Program-made: the position numbers and the translations under genes
Shown: positions 15,561 to 26,325 of the stretch, piece by piece
Numbering within the stretch: the first letter of the stretch is position 1
Layout of the letters: each line of letters begins with the position of its first letter
DNA from: a virus
Taxonomy: Duplodnaviria; Caudoviricetes
Strand: one strand, 5' to 3'
Virus record (IMG/VR): IMGVR_UViG_3300011335_000457
Span: 16,537 to 80,536 of that record
DNA: 64,000 nucleotides
The notes under the pieces: generated by a model
The model's input: only the letters and a program-made list of their open reading frames with translations
What the model was told of the DNA's origin: nothing
The model's database searches: none

Positions 15561-15887
15561 ATGTTTATAGACCCGAATAATATGCAAGGTGTATATGTTA
15601 GTGATCCTAATAAAGTAATTAATACTATACCTAGTAATACAACTTCCGGTAATGGTTTATTTAGTGCAATGGGTAATGGTCCCTTTAATGATCCATGGGA
15701 AAATCCTATGAAAGAAATAGAATTAAGAATCAAGAAGCTAGAAGTAGAGAATAAGTTCTTAAGGCTAAAGATGCTTTCAATAGAAGGTAAGTTTTCTCAG
15801 GAAGAAGTAACTAATATTAGAAAGATGTTAATCTCTGAAGATGAAGCATCAAGAACAGTAGCTGAATCAATAATAGACAATGCATGA
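15561..15887 (+). CDS. Hypothetical protein
   Basis: ORF in the operon. Confidence 0.65.
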   Translation: MFIDPNNMQGVYVSDPNKVINTIPSNTTSGNGLFSAMGNGPFNDPWENPMKEIELRIKKLEVENKFLRLKMLSIEGKFSQEEVTNIRKMLISEDEASRTVAESIIDNA

Positions 15888-16147
15888 ATTGGACAGAACT
15901 AGAATCTTTTCTAACAGATGGTATTGCTTCTCAAGGAAGGCAAATTAGTTTGTATACTGGACAAGCAGGAGCAGATTATCTTGCACATGCAATGGCTATT
16001 GAAAACTCTGTTGGGTTTGTAGAATGGATGCAAGAAAGAAAGAGAATAGATTCTGATACAGCAGAAAGTTTAATTAAAATGCTAAGGTCAGAAGATCAGG
16101 ATAATTTTAACATAGCAATACTTGCTATAGAACAATTAAAGAAATGA
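15884..16147 (+). CDS. Hypothetical protein
   Basis: ORF in the operon. Confidence 0.65.
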   Translation: MNWTELESFLTDGIASQGRQISLYTGQAGADYLAHAMAIENSVGFVEWMQERKRIDSDTAESLIKMLRSEDQDNFNIAILAIEQLKK

Positions 16148-16977
16148 GTATAATATTCAATGCTGAGGAGCATAGCTACAAGAGTTTAAACCCAGAAGAG
16201 AACATTAACTGGGTAAGTGTGACTACTGTAGTATCATCACTTAAGCAACCATTTGATGCTAAAGCAGTGGCTCAGAAAGTCACTAAAAAAAAGAACTCTA
16301 AATGGTATGGTCTAGATCCTATAATTGTTCAACAGATATGGACTAATGAAGCTGATAGATCTACTACAGATGGTACATGGTATCATAACCAAAGAGAAGA
16401 TGATATTTGCTCATTTGCATCAATAGAAAGAGAAGGAGTTACTGTACCTGTATTCAAGCCATCAGGTGAGAACAATGGTTTAAGAACAGCTCCATCACAG
16501 AAACTAGACCCAGGCGTGTATCCAGAACATATGGTTTATCTTAAGTCAGCAGGCTTATGTGGTCAATCAGATTTAGTTGAAGTAGTCAATGGTAAGGTAA
16601 ATATCATTGACTACAAGACTAATAAGGAAATTAAAATGAAAGGTTTTACTAACTGGGAAGGTATAACAGAAAAGATGTCATTACCAGTTAATAATTTAGA
16701 TGATTGTCATTTTAATCACTATGCACTACAGCTCAGTATTTATATGTATATTATATTAAAGCATAATCCTAAACTTAAACCAGGAAAGATATTTATACAT
16801 CATGTTAAGTTTGAGATAGAAAGAGAAGACAACTGGGGATATCCAATAGGCAAGAAAGATGAAAATGGAAACCCAATTGTAAAAGAAGTTATAGTAATTC
16901 CTATACCTTATCTTGTAGATGAGGTGCAAGCTGTTATACATTATATGAAAGACAATCCAATTAAAAAAAATAAATGA
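16144..16977 (+). CDS. PD-(D/E)XK exonuclease-family protein
   Basis: GQSDLV...IIDYKTN...HYALQLSIY. Confidence 0.85.
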   Translation: MSIIFNAEEHSYKSLNPEENINWVSVTTVVSSLKQPFDAKAVAQKVTKKKNSKWYGLDPIIVQQIWTNEADRSTTDGTWYHNQREDDICSFASIEREGVTVPVFKPSGENNGLRTAPSQKLDPGVYPEHMVYLKSAGLCGQSDLVEVVNGKVNIIDYKTNKEIKMKGFTNWEGITEKMSLPVNNLDDCHFNHYALQLSIYMYIILKHNPKLKPGKIFIHHVKFEIEREDNWGYPIGKKDENGNPIVKEVIVIPIPYLVDEVQAVIHYMKDNPIKKNK

Positions 16978-17489
16978 TTATAAAACTATTTGAAGTGCAA
17001 AATAATGTAGTAATTCCTACAGAGCACTGCCATACACTTAAGGCCCTTAAAGACATAATGGATGAGTATCCGGATGATTATCTTAAAATATATCAATATC
17101 TTTTCTATATGACATGTCCTAATCCGGATATGAATCCATTCTTCTATACACCTGATGTAGATAAAGAACATTTAATCATGACACAGATAGAAGGAGAGTT
17201 TTCAACAGAAGATGACAGTGTGTTTACAGCTCTTAAGTTCTGTGAAAGAATGTATGAAACTCCTACATCTAGAGCCTATGATGGTATGAGAACAGCTTTA
17301 GATAGAATTGCAAGATATCTTTCTACTACTCAGATTACAGATGGTAAAGATGGTAACATAGGTCAGATCAGAGCTCTTGCAAAAGACTTTGATTCTATAA
17401 GACAATCATTTAAGGGTGCCTATAAAGATCTTCAGGAAGAACAACAAAGTAAAGTCCGCGGAGGCCAAGGGTTGGCATATGACTCATAA
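16974..17489 (+). CDS. terS: Probable terminase small subunit
   Basis: Immediately precedes TerL; helical, ends KVRGG as in crAss-like small terminases. Confidence 0.55.
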   Translation: MIIKLFEVQNNVVIPTEHCHTLKALKDIMDEYPDDYLKIYQYLFYMTCPNPDMNPFFYTPDVDKEHLIMTQIEGEFSTEDDSVFTALKFCERMYETPTSRAYDGMRTALDRIARYLSTTQITDGKDGNIGQIRALAKDFDSIRQSFKGAYKDLQEEQQSKVRGGQGLAYDS

Positions 17490-17500
17490 TAAAAAACCAA

Positions 17501-19696
17501 ATGGAAATATTTGAAAATATACCCACATGGGATAATGGTATCTGGACAATAACTAATTTTAATTCTAGAGAAGAGTTATCAGATTTTGTATTTAGCATAT
17601 TTAAAGAACCAGGTAAATATAACTTTGATGAAACAAGTAAACTATTTAATGCTGAGTCAACAAGATTCAGAAAAGATAAAATATACACAGCCACAATACC
17701 CAGATCAAAAGACTTTGTCACATACTGGGATGAGCAAAAACTTAGATGCAGAAGAGGAGTTATTTTTAAGTCCGGAGAGAATGCATGGTACATTACCAGA
17801 GACTATTATATGTGGCTTAATTTCTTGCCCATATTTGATAAAGAACAACAAGTATTTGACTTTGCTAAGATCAGGGATGCACAGTACCACATGGCCTTAT
17901 ATGAACTACTCGCAGAGCTCAACTACAAACATGTAGCTATTCTTAAGAAACGGCAGATAGCTTCTTCATACTATCACATGGCCAAGTTATTAAACCAACA
18001 GTGGTTTGAACCTGGGGTAACATTAAAGATAGGAGCTAGTCTTAAAGATTATATCAATGAAAAAGGATCCTGGAAGTTCTTACAGGAATATGCTGCATTC
18101 TTAAATGAACATACTGCATGGTATAGACCTATGTCACCAGATAAGGTAATGATGTGGCAACAAAAGATTGAGGTTAGAAAAGGAGACAGAAAAGCAGAAG
18201 TAGGTCTCAAAGGTACTATACAAGGTATGTCATTTGAGAAAGATCCTACAAATGGTGTTGGGGGTCCAGTTAAATACTTCTTTCATGAGGAGGCTGGGAT
18301 TGCTCCTAAGATGGATAAGACATATGAGTACATGAGACCAGCAATGAGATCTGGTTTAATTACTACAGGGTTATTTATTGCTGCAGGATCTGTAGGGGAT
18401 TTATCCCAGTGTAATCCACTAAGAGATATGATCCTTAATCCTATGTCTAAAGATATATATGCTGTAGAAACCAATCTACTTGATGATAAAGGTACAGAAG
18501 GTATGTCAGGTTTGTTTATTCCAGAGCAATGGTCTATGCCACCGTATATAGATCAATTTGGTAATTCACTTGTAGAAGAATCATTAAAGGCCCTTGATGA
18601 TCAGTTTGAGAAATGGAAAAAAGAACTAGGACCTGAAGATTACCAGCTAAGGATATCTCAGCATCCTAGAAATATAAAAGAAGCATTTGATCATAGATCA
18701 GTATCTGTGTTTCCTTCTCACTTAGTGGCTGCACAAGAAAGAAGAATAGAAGAGAAAGAATATCCATATGAGTTTTTAGAAATTGCTACTGATGTAAATG
18801 GTAAACCTGTTGTTACTCAAACAAACAAGAGACCCATTATGGAGTTTCCAGTTCCTAAGAAAATGGAAGACAAGACAGGAGTATTAGTAGTATGGGAAAG
18901 ACCTATTAAAGATCCAACCTTTGGACAGTACTATGCTTCTATTGACCCCGTATCTGAGGGAAAGACAACTACCTCAGAATCACTATGTTCAATCTATATA
19001 ATGAAAGCTCCAGTTGAAGTAACTAAGGTTACTGGTATAGAGACTGAAACATATATAGAACCAGATAAGTTAGTAGCTGCATGGTGTGGTAGATTTGATG
19101 ATATAAACAAAACTCACCAGAAACTAGAGTTAATAATAGAATGGTATAATGCATGGACCTTAATAGAGAATAACATATCTCTCTTCATACAGTATATGAT
19201 ATCTAGAAAGAAACAAAGATACTTAGTACCTAAGAGTCAGATTATGTTCTTAAAAGATCTTGGCTCAAACAGTAATGTATTCCAGGAGTATGGATGGAAG
19301 AATACAGGAACACTCTTTAAGGCACATTTACTTAGTTATGCTATTGAATATACTAGAGAGGAATTAGATGTAGAAACAAAACCTGATGGTACTATTGTAC
19401 GGACAAAGTACGGCATTGAGAGAATACCTGATCCTATGCTTCTCAAAGAAATGAGAGAATATGCAGATGGAGTCAATGTGGATAGGTTAGTATCCTTCTG
19501 TGCGCTTGTAGCTTTCATGAGAATACAACAGGCAAATAGAGGATATTCAAAGAGAGTGATAATGGATGATGTGGCTAAAAACTTGCAAAAGTCAGAAAAT
19601 TTGTTTAAAAGATCAGTCCAAGCATTTAGACATATGGGTACAACCAATAAGATAGCTAATAAAGTATCAAGAAGTCCCTTTAAAAATTTAAAATAA
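17501..19696 (+). CDS. terL: Terminase large subunit
   Basis: LKKRQIASSY ATPase motif, FFHEEAG Walker B, SIDPVSEG nuclease motif, VDRLVS. Confidence 0.92.
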   Translation: MEIFENIPTWDNGIWTITNFNSREELSDFVFSIFKEPGKYNFDETSKLFNAESTRFRKDKIYTATIPRSKDFVTYWDEQKLRCRRGVIFKSGENAWYITRDYYMWLNFLPIFDKEQQVFDFAKIRDAQYHMALYELLAELNYKHVAILKKRQIASSYYHMAKLLNQQWFEPGVTLKIGASLKDYINEKGSWKFLQEYAAFLNEHTAWYRPMSPDKVMMWQQKIEVRKGDRKAEVGLKGTIQGMSFEKDPTNGVGGPVKYFFHEEAGIAPKMDKTYEYMRPAMRSGLITTGLFIAAGSVGDLSQCNPLRDMILNPMSKDIYAVETNLLDDKGTEGMSGLFIPEQWSMPPYIDQFGNSLVEESLKALDDQFEKWKKELGPEDYQLRISQHPRNIKEAFDHRSVSVFPSHLVAAQERRIEEKEYPYEFLEIATDVNGKPVVTQTNKRPIMEFPVPKKMEDKTGVLVVWERPIKDPTFGQYYASIDPVSEGKTTTSESLCSIYIMKAPVEVTKVTGIETETYIEPDKLVAAWCGRFDDINKTHQKLELIIEWYNAWTLIENNISLFIQYMISRKKQRYLVPKSQIMFLKDLGSNSNVFQEYGWKNTGTLFKAHLLSYAIEYTREELDVETKPDGTIVRTKYGIERIPDPMLLKEMREYADGVNVDRLVSFCALVAFMRIQQANRGYSKRVIMDDVAKNLQKSENLFKRSVQAFRHMGTTNKIANKVSRSPFKNLK

Positions 19697-20487
19697 TGGC
19701 GTGTGTGTATGAACATATAAGACCTGATACAAATACTATTTTTTATATAGGTATTGGTAAAAAAAATAGTAGGGCTTATAGTAAATGTGGTAGAAATAAG
19801 CATTGGAAAAATATTGTAAAAAAATGCAATAATTTATTTACTATTAATATTTTACATGATGACTTATCCTGGGAAGAAGTTTGTCAAAAAGAAAAGCAGT
19901 ACATTAAAAAATACGGAAGGATTAACAATGATACAGGTATATTATGTAATATGACAGATGGAGGAGAAGGTATTTTAAATTTGCAACACACGGATGAAGC
20001 AAAATTAAAAATTTCAATTGCTGCTAAAAAAAGATATAAATTAAAACCACAGTGTAGAAAAGGACAAAGGTTTGTTAATAAGAACAGTAGAAAACTTGTA
20101 ATTGTGGATTTAAAAACTTATATTATATATAATTATAATACATTAGTAGAGGCATCTTTATTTTTAAGTACAAGTCCATCAAGAGTAAGAAGAGCTTGTA
20201 TTGTAGGGAAATCTATAAATAATTGTTATTTAAAATTTGGAGAAGGAATTAGTAAAGAAGAAATTAAAGAGTTAAAAAATAAAAAAGTTTATGCCTTATC
20301 TGACTTATCTATTCTAAATGTAAATAAAGATTATTCATGTATTCAAAAAAAAGTTATTAATTGTGAAACAAAAAAAGTTTATAGTTCAATATCTGAAGTA
20401 TGTAGAAACTATAATATAAAATATTCTACTTTATCTAGACAGCTTAATGGGGTTTCCAAAAATAAAACAATATTTAAATTAATTTGA
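19696..20487 (+). CDS. GIY-YIG homing endonuclease with NUMOD3/NUMOD1-type DNA-binding repeats
   Basis: CVYEH...FYIGIG, NMTDGGEG, HTDEAKLKIS, VINCETKKVYSSISE. Confidence 0.85.
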   Translation: MACVYEHIRPDTNTIFYIGIGKKNSRAYSKCGRNKHWKNIVKKCNNLFTINILHDDLSWEEVCQKEKQYIKKYGRINNDTGILCNMTDGGEGILNLQHTDEAKLKISIAAKKRYKLKPQCRKGQRFVNKNSRKLVIVDLKTYIIYNYNTLVEASLFLSTSPSRVRRACIVGKSINNCYLKFGEGISKEEIKELKNKKVYALSDLSILNVNKDYSCIQKKVINCETKKVYSSISEVCRNYNIKYSTLSRQLNGVSKNKTIFKLI

Positions 20488-20488
20488 T

Positions 20489-23239
20489 ATGAAAATAATA
20501 AATGCTTTACAGGCAAAAGGAGGAGCTACTACTGAGAATAATAGAATGGGTAGTATCACCCAACCATTACAATTTATTCCTAAAAAAGAAAAAGATGAAA
20601 AATGGGCTGCCTGGAACTTAGACTGGTTAGAATGGCAAGGTCTTAAACAAATCCGTAGAAATGCCCGGAGACTTATGAAAAACTATAAACTTGCAAAAGG
20701 TATTATAGATAAGTCAGATTATATAGTTGAGGAAAACAATGACTACAGAGATATAGTTGAAACACTTACTAAAGAAGATGTATCAGCACTTGAACTTAAG
20801 TTCTATCCTATTATACCAAATGTTATCAATGTTCTAGTAGCTGAGTTTGCTAAGAGATCTACTAAACTAACATATAGAGCAATTGATGAGTTATCATACA
20901 ATGAGCTCTTAGAACAAAAAAGACAAATGGTTGAGGATGTATTAATGCAAGATGCAAGAATAAAAGTTACTTCAGCATTAATGGATAAAGGTCTTGATCC
21001 AGAGTCAGAAGAATTTCAACAAGAGAGTTCACCAGAAAAACTAAAAAGCCTACCTGAGATTGAAATGTATTTTAGAAAAGATTACAGATCAATGGTAGAG
21101 GAATGGGCTGATCACCAACATAAAGTTGATGTTGAAAGATTCAGAATGGATGAGCTGGAAGAAAGAGGTTTTAGAGACATGTTAATTACTGATAGAGAGT
21201 TCTGGCATTTCCGGATGATGGAAGATGACTATGAAGTAGAACTATGGAATCCAGCAATTACATTTTATCACAAGTCACCAGATTCAAGATATATATCTCA
21301 AGCTAACTGGGCTGGTAAAACAGATATGATGACACCATCTGATGTTATTGATAGATATGGTTATCTAATGGAAGAAGAGCAGTTAGCTGCACTAGAAGCA
21401 GTATATCCCATTAGATCTGCAGGATATACAATTGGTGGTGTGCAAAATGATGGTAGTTTCTATGATGGTACTAAATCTCATGACTGGAATACTAATATGC
21501 CATCACTGGCTTATAGACAGTATACAACTGCAATGGGTGGAACTGTATTAGAAGGCGGAGATATTATTACACAAATACTTTCTGAAGGAGAAGACTATTA
21601 TGATCAAGGTACTGCATACTTATTAAGGGTATCAACTATATACTGGAAGTCACAAAGAAAAGTAGGACACTTGATTAGTGTTAATGATAATGGTGAAGTT
21701 GAGATGGATATTGTAGATGAAGATTATACTATCACAAATAAACCAATATATGACACCAGGTTAATGAAAAATAAAACTAAGGAGAACTTAGTTTATGGTG
21801 AACATATAGATTGGATCTGGATAAATGAGGTATGGGGTGGTATCAAAATAGGGCCAAACATTCCTTCTTTCTGGGGTATGAATAATCCTGGAGGATTTAC
21901 ACCAATGTATTTAGGTGTAGATAGAGCTAAAATAGGACCATTAAGATTTCAGTTTAAAGGAGATAATACTCTTTATGGATGTAAGTTACCTGTAGAAGGA
22001 TCAGTATTCTCAGATAGAAATACTAAGTCTACTGCATTACTTGACTTAATGAAGCCATACCAGATAGGATATAACATTGTCAACAATCAGATAGCTGATA
22101 TCTTAGTAGATGAACTAGGTACTATTATCATGCTTGACCAGAATACTCTACCAAGACACTCATTAGGAGAAGACTGGGGGAAAGGAAACTATGCCAAAGC
22201 ATATGTTGCAATGAAGAATTTCCAGATGTTACCATTGGATACTAGTATAACTAATACAGAGAATGCATTAAACTTCCAACATTTCCAAAAACTAGATCTA
22301 TCTCAAACAGAAAGGTTAATGTCAAGGATACAGTTAGCCAATCACTTTAAGCAACAAGCTTATGAAGTAATTGGTGTAACACCACAAAGGATGGGACAAC
22401 AGATAGCACAGATGACTGCTACTGGTGTAGAACAAGCTGCTGCAGCTTCTTATGCACAAACAGAGATGTTCTTCATCCAACACTGTGATTACTTAATGCC
22501 TAGAGTACATCAGATGCGTACTGACTTAGCTCAATATTATCATTCTACTAAACCATCAACTAGATTAAGTTATATTACTACAGCTGATGAGAAAGTAAAT
22601 TTTGAAATAAATGGTACTGATCTTTTAATGAGAGATCTTAATATCTTCTGTAGCACAACAGCTAATCACAGGTCTATATTAGAACAACTTAAGCAAATGG
22701 CTATGCAGAATAATACTACTGGAGCATCTGTGTATGATCTAGGTAGAATAGTTCAGTCAGACTCTATTGCTCAACTTAATACAGTTCTTAAAGACTCTGA
22801 AGCTAAACAACAACAGTCTAAACAACAGGAGATGGAAGCTCAGCAAAAAATGCAAGAAGATAAACTTAAAGCAGATTCTGAAGAAGCTAAACTTAAAAGA
22901 GAGTATGAAGAAGTTCAGAAAGAAAAAGATAGACAAACTGAAATTCTTGTTGCAGAAATCAGAGCAGCTGGTTATGGATCTATGGCAGATGTTAATGCAA
23001 ATCAAGTATCTGATTACCAAGATGCAATGAGAGACATTAGACAGACTGAACAATATCAAACACAGAACCAATTGCAAAGAGATAAAGATGCAACTAGAAC
23101 TATGTTAGATAGAGACAAGAATGCTATTGAAAGAGAGAAGTTAAATGTGCAAAGAGAAATAGCAGATAAACAGTTACAAGTAGCAAAAGTGAACAAAAAC
23201 AAGTATGATAAAGGTGGTGAAGTAAAAAATAAAAAGTAG
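20489..23239 (+). CDS. Portal protein
   Basis: 916 aa between TerL and the scaffold/MCP genes; long C-terminal coiled coil. Confidence 0.85.
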   Translation: MKIINALQAKGGATTENNRMGSITQPLQFIPKKEKDEKWAAWNLDWLEWQGLKQIRRNARRLMKNYKLAKGIIDKSDYIVEENNDYRDIVETLTKEDVSALELKFYPIIPNVINVLVAEFAKRSTKLTYRAIDELSYNELLEQKRQMVEDVLMQDARIKVTSALMDKGLDPESEEFQQESSPEKLKSLPEIEMYFRKDYRSMVEEWADHQHKVDVERFRMDELEERGFRDMLITDREFWHFRMMEDDYEVELWNPAITFYHKSPDSRYISQANWAGKTDMMTPSDVIDRYGYLMEEEQLAALEAVYPIRSAGYTIGGVQNDGSFYDGTKSHDWNTNMPSLAYRQYTTAMGGTVLEGGDIITQILSEGEDYYDQGTAYLLRVSTIYWKSQRKVGHLISVNDNGEVEMDIVDEDYTITNKPIYDTRLMKNKTKENLVYGEHIDWIWINEVWGGIKIGPNIPSFWGMNNPGGFTPMYLGVDRAKIGPLRFQFKGDNTLYGCKLPVEGSVFSDRNTKSTALLDLMKPYQIGYNIVNNQIADILVDELGTIIMLDQNTLPRHSLGEDWGKGNYAKAYVAMKNFQMLPLDTSITNTENALNFQHFQKLDLSQTERLMSRIQLANHFKQQAYEVIGVTPQRMGQQIAQMTATGVEQAAAASYAQTEMFFIQHCDYLMPRVHQMRTDLAQYYHSTKPSTRLSYITTADEKVNFEINGTDLLMRDLNIFCSTTANHRSILEQLKQMAMQNNTTGASVYDLGRIVQSDSIAQLNTVLKDSEAKQQQSKQQEMEAQQKMQEDKLKADSEEAKLKREYEEVQKEKDRQTEILVAEIRAAGYGSMADVNANQVSDYQDAMRDIRQTEQYQTQNQLQRDKDATRTMLDRDKNAIEREKLNVQREIADKQLQVAKVNKNKYDKGGEVKNKK

Positions 23240-23330
23240 TATAGCCATATAGTGCACAAAAACTTTTTATACCTTTTAAATTTGTGAAGTTTATTTTGTA
23301 TATTGTATTATAACATAAAAACCAACACTT

Positions 23331-24599
23331 ATGGAAGACACAACAAAAACTGGGGAGACCCAGACATTAGACTCTACAACGGTAGGTCAAGTAGATGTAA
23401 ATATTGATGAGATCTTTGGAATGCCAGGTGCGGAAAGTGTAATGCTTCCTGAGTCTGGAAAAGAAGAAGAAAAAGCAAAGTCTATGTTCTCAAAAGAAAA
23501 TGTAGACACCACGTTCCTTGACAACTCACCTGCTACTACTTACAAAGAAAAAGAAGAAGCAGCTGAAAAGAAAGCAGAAGTTGAAGAAACTATTGCTGAG
23601 CTTGATGGATTAATTTCTCAAGAAGAAGAAGCTGGCAACAAAGGAAGACCAAAGATTGATAAGTCTGGTCTAGCTGAGTTAGCTTACAAGATGATTGAAG
23701 AAGGTGGTTTAATTCCTTTTGATGATGATAAGCCTTTAGAGGAATACACAACAAAAGATTTTAGAGAACTTTTTGAAGCCAACTTCCAAGAAAGAGAAGA
23801 TAAAGTTAGAAAAGATGTTCCAAAAGAATTCTTTAACTCATTACCAGAAGAGCTTCAGTATGCAGCTAAGTATGTAGCTGATGGAGGACAAGATCTTAAA
23901 GGATTGTTTAGAACACTTGCTCATGTAGAAGAAATGAGACAATTAGATCCTTCAGATGAATATGATCAAGCTGAGATAGCAAGACAATATTTACATGCAA
24001 CCAATTTTGGTTCAGCAGAGGAAATTGAGAATGAAATCCAAGACTGGCAAGATGTAGATAAGTTAGAACAAAAAGCTAACCAGTTCAAACCTAAGTTAGA
24101 TAGAATGCAAGAAGAAATTATTGCAAGACAGCTAGCTGAGCAAGAGTCTAGAAAAGAGCAACAGCAAGATGCAGCAAGAACATACACAAATAATGTATAT
24201 TCTACACTTGCAACAGGTGACATAGGTGGAATTAAACTTGATAAAAAAACACAAGGTTTATTATACTCAGGATTAGTTCAACCAAATTACCCTTCAATTT
24301 CTGGTAAGCCTACAAACTTACTTGGACACTTATTAGAGAAGTACCAGTTTGTAGAACCTAGACATGACTTAATTGCTAAAGCACTTTGGTTATTAGCTGA
24401 TGAAAAAGGATTTGAAGCTAAGATTAGAGAACAAGGCGGAAGACAGGCTGTAGAAAAAACAGTAAGACAATTAAAAACGGAAGAAGCTAGAAAGAATACT
24501 ACAAGTTCATCAATATATGAAGAACCTGAAAGAAGATCTACTCCTAGCAGAGCTCCACAAAAAACCATCTCAAGAGCTAATATGTTCAAGAGATTTTAA
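23331..24599 (+). CDS. Acidic scaffold-like head protein
   Basis: Acidic coiled-coil protein between portal and MCP. Confidence 0.6.
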   Translation: MEDTTKTGETQTLDSTTVGQVDVNIDEIFGMPGAESVMLPESGKEEEKAKSMFSKENVDTTFLDNSPATTYKEKEEAAEKKAEVEETIAELDGLISQEEEAGNKGRPKIDKSGLAELAYKMIEEGGLIPFDDDKPLEEYTTKDFRELFEANFQEREDKVRKDVPKEFFNSLPEELQYAAKYVADGGQDLKGLFRTLAHVEEMRQLDPSDEYDQAEIARQYLHATNFGSAEEIENEIQDWQDVDKLEQKANQFKPKLDRMQEEIIARQLAEQESRKEQQQDAARTYTNNVYSTLATGDIGGIKLDKKTQGLLYSGLVQPNYPSISGKPTNLLGHLLEKYQFVEPRHDLIAKALWLLADEKGFEAKIREQGGRQAVEKTVRQLKTEEARKNTTSSSIYEEPERRSTPSRAPQKTISRANMFKRF

Positions 24600-24625
24600 A
24601 TAGTAACAATTAAACAAATATAAAA

Positions 24626-26242
24626 ATGGCAACTCCAGTTTTAAACAATGGGATATTCCTCCGGGATACCGCCTATCAAGCTAGTTCCCATGTGGATTCT
24701 TACCACTTGGTAAACATGCTAAAAGATTCTGAACCTATGGATTTAGGTCCAGTAGACTTATGGGCTATGGCTCAGAAAGTTGAAATGCCACTTTACCAAA
24801 TGTCAAGTTTTGGTGGTAAAAATGTTATCATGGTTGATAATGCTCGTGGTGAGTACAAATGGCAGACTCCAGTTTCTACTGATCTACCTTACATCATTGA
24901 GGATATTGAACCAGACAACACATTCAAAGGACTTGAGGGATCAACATTCCGTATCAAGTTAAACAGAAGAGAATTTGGACATGGTGATATCATCACTTAT
25001 GACAAATACAATGGTGTTGAGATGTATATTACTGCAGAAGATATCCTTCCTTTAGGAGACGGATTTATCTATACTGTTCAGTTAGTAAACAATGATAACT
25101 ACAAATACATTGACAACAAGTACTTGGCTAATGGTACTAAAGTTTTCCGTAAAGGTTCTGCCCGTGGAGAATATGGTGAGAGATTCTCTGACATCACAAC
25201 AAGAACAGGATTCCGTGAATTCTATAACTTTGTTGGTGGTGCTGAAGCTCACGTACATTATTCTATCTCTAGCCGTGCTGACTTGATGATCAAAGGTGGA
25301 ATGAATGCAGATGGTACAGTTCCTGTAACTGAGATCTGGAGAACATTTGACAAATCTGTTGATCCATCAATCACTTCTTTGGAAGACATGGTTAAAGTAA
25401 TGGGTAAAGACAAAGTTAAAAAAGCATTTGACAATGGAGATTTGTCACGTACTTTCTTAACAACTATGGAGGCTGCTCACTTAACTAAAATTGCTTCTGA
25501 CATTGAGACTTACTTAATGTGGGGTCATGGAGGTAGAGTACGTCAAGATGGTCCAGATGATGTTAGATTATCTGTGGGTCTTTGGAAACAGTTGGATAAC
25601 TCATTCAAAAGAGTATACAACAAAAATAACTTTACACTTGATTTGTTCCGTGGAGAGATCTACAACTTCTTCAATGGTAAAGTTGAATTCCAAGGTCCAG
25701 ATCCTAAGCGTTCACTAGTTGTACAAACAGGTATGGGTGGAATGAGAATGGTTAATGAGGCTATCAAACGTGAGGCAGTATCTTCAGGTTTATTGATCCA
25801 AGCTGCTGACATTGGTGCTATCACTGGTAAAGGTATGGACTTAAACTTTGGATTTGCTTATACTTCATATGTGATTCCTTTCTTGGCAAATGTTAAGTTT
25901 GTACTTAACCCAGCATTTGACAATGTTCATACAAATGATATTGAGAACCCAATCATTGATGGTTTCCCATTATCTTCTTATTCATTCATTATCTTTGATA
26001 TCACAGATAACACAAATGACAACATCTTCTTGTTGAAATTATCTTGGGATAATCAATTGAAATGGTGGTATCAAAATGGTACTATGGACTACATGGGACG
26101 TAGCCAAGGATTCCAGTCTTCTGGTCAATTCAATGGATACCGTGTTATGATGTCTCAAACAATGCCAGCTATTTGGGTTAAAGATCCAACTAAAGTTTTG
26201 AAAATTGTTATGAGAAACCCAATCACTGGAGGTTCATTCTAA
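24626..26242 (+). CDS. Major capsid protein
   Basis: 538 aa, crAss-like gene order, highly biased codon usage, strong downstream terminator. Confidence 0.85.
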   Translation: MATPVLNNGIFLRDTAYQASSHVDSYHLVNMLKDSEPMDLGPVDLWAMAQKVEMPLYQMSSFGGKNVIMVDNARGEYKWQTPVSTDLPYIIEDIEPDNTFKGLEGSTFRIKLNRREFGHGDIITYDKYNGVEMYITAEDILPLGDGFIYTVQLVNNDNYKYIDNKYLANGTKVFRKGSARGEYGERFSDITTRTGFREFYNFVGGAEAHVHYSISSRADLMIKGGMNADGTVPVTEIWRTFDKSVDPSITSLEDMVKVMGKDKVKKAFDNGDLSRTFLTTMEAAHLTKIASDIETYLMWGHGGRVRQDGPDDVRLSVGLWKQLDNSFKRVYNKNNFTLDLFRGEIYNFFNGKVEFQGPDPKRSLVVQTGMGGMRMVNEAIKREAVSSGLLIQAADIGAITGKGMDLNFGFAYTSYVIPFLANVKFVLNPAFDNVHTNDIENPIIDGFPLSSYSFIIFDITDNTNDNIFLLKLSWDNQLKWWYQNGTMDYMGRSQGFQSSGQFNGYRVMMSQTMPAIWVKDPTKVLKIVMRNPITGGSF

Positions 26243-26258
26243 TCCAGTCTATATATAC

Positions 26259-26290
26259 AAGGGAGGGGATAACACCTCTCCCTTTTTTTT
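26259..26290 (+). terminator. Intrinsic terminator after MCP
   Basis: AAGGGAGGGG...CCTCTCCCTT followed by a T-tract. Confidence 0.8.
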
Positions 26291-26325
26291 AAGTATTAAA
26301 ACCAACAAAATAAAAACCAACAACA

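Noticed and set aside
19670-20495. Target-site duplication around the GIY-YIG gene
   Set aside because: Only low-complexity TTTAAA similarity, not distinguishable from AT-rich background
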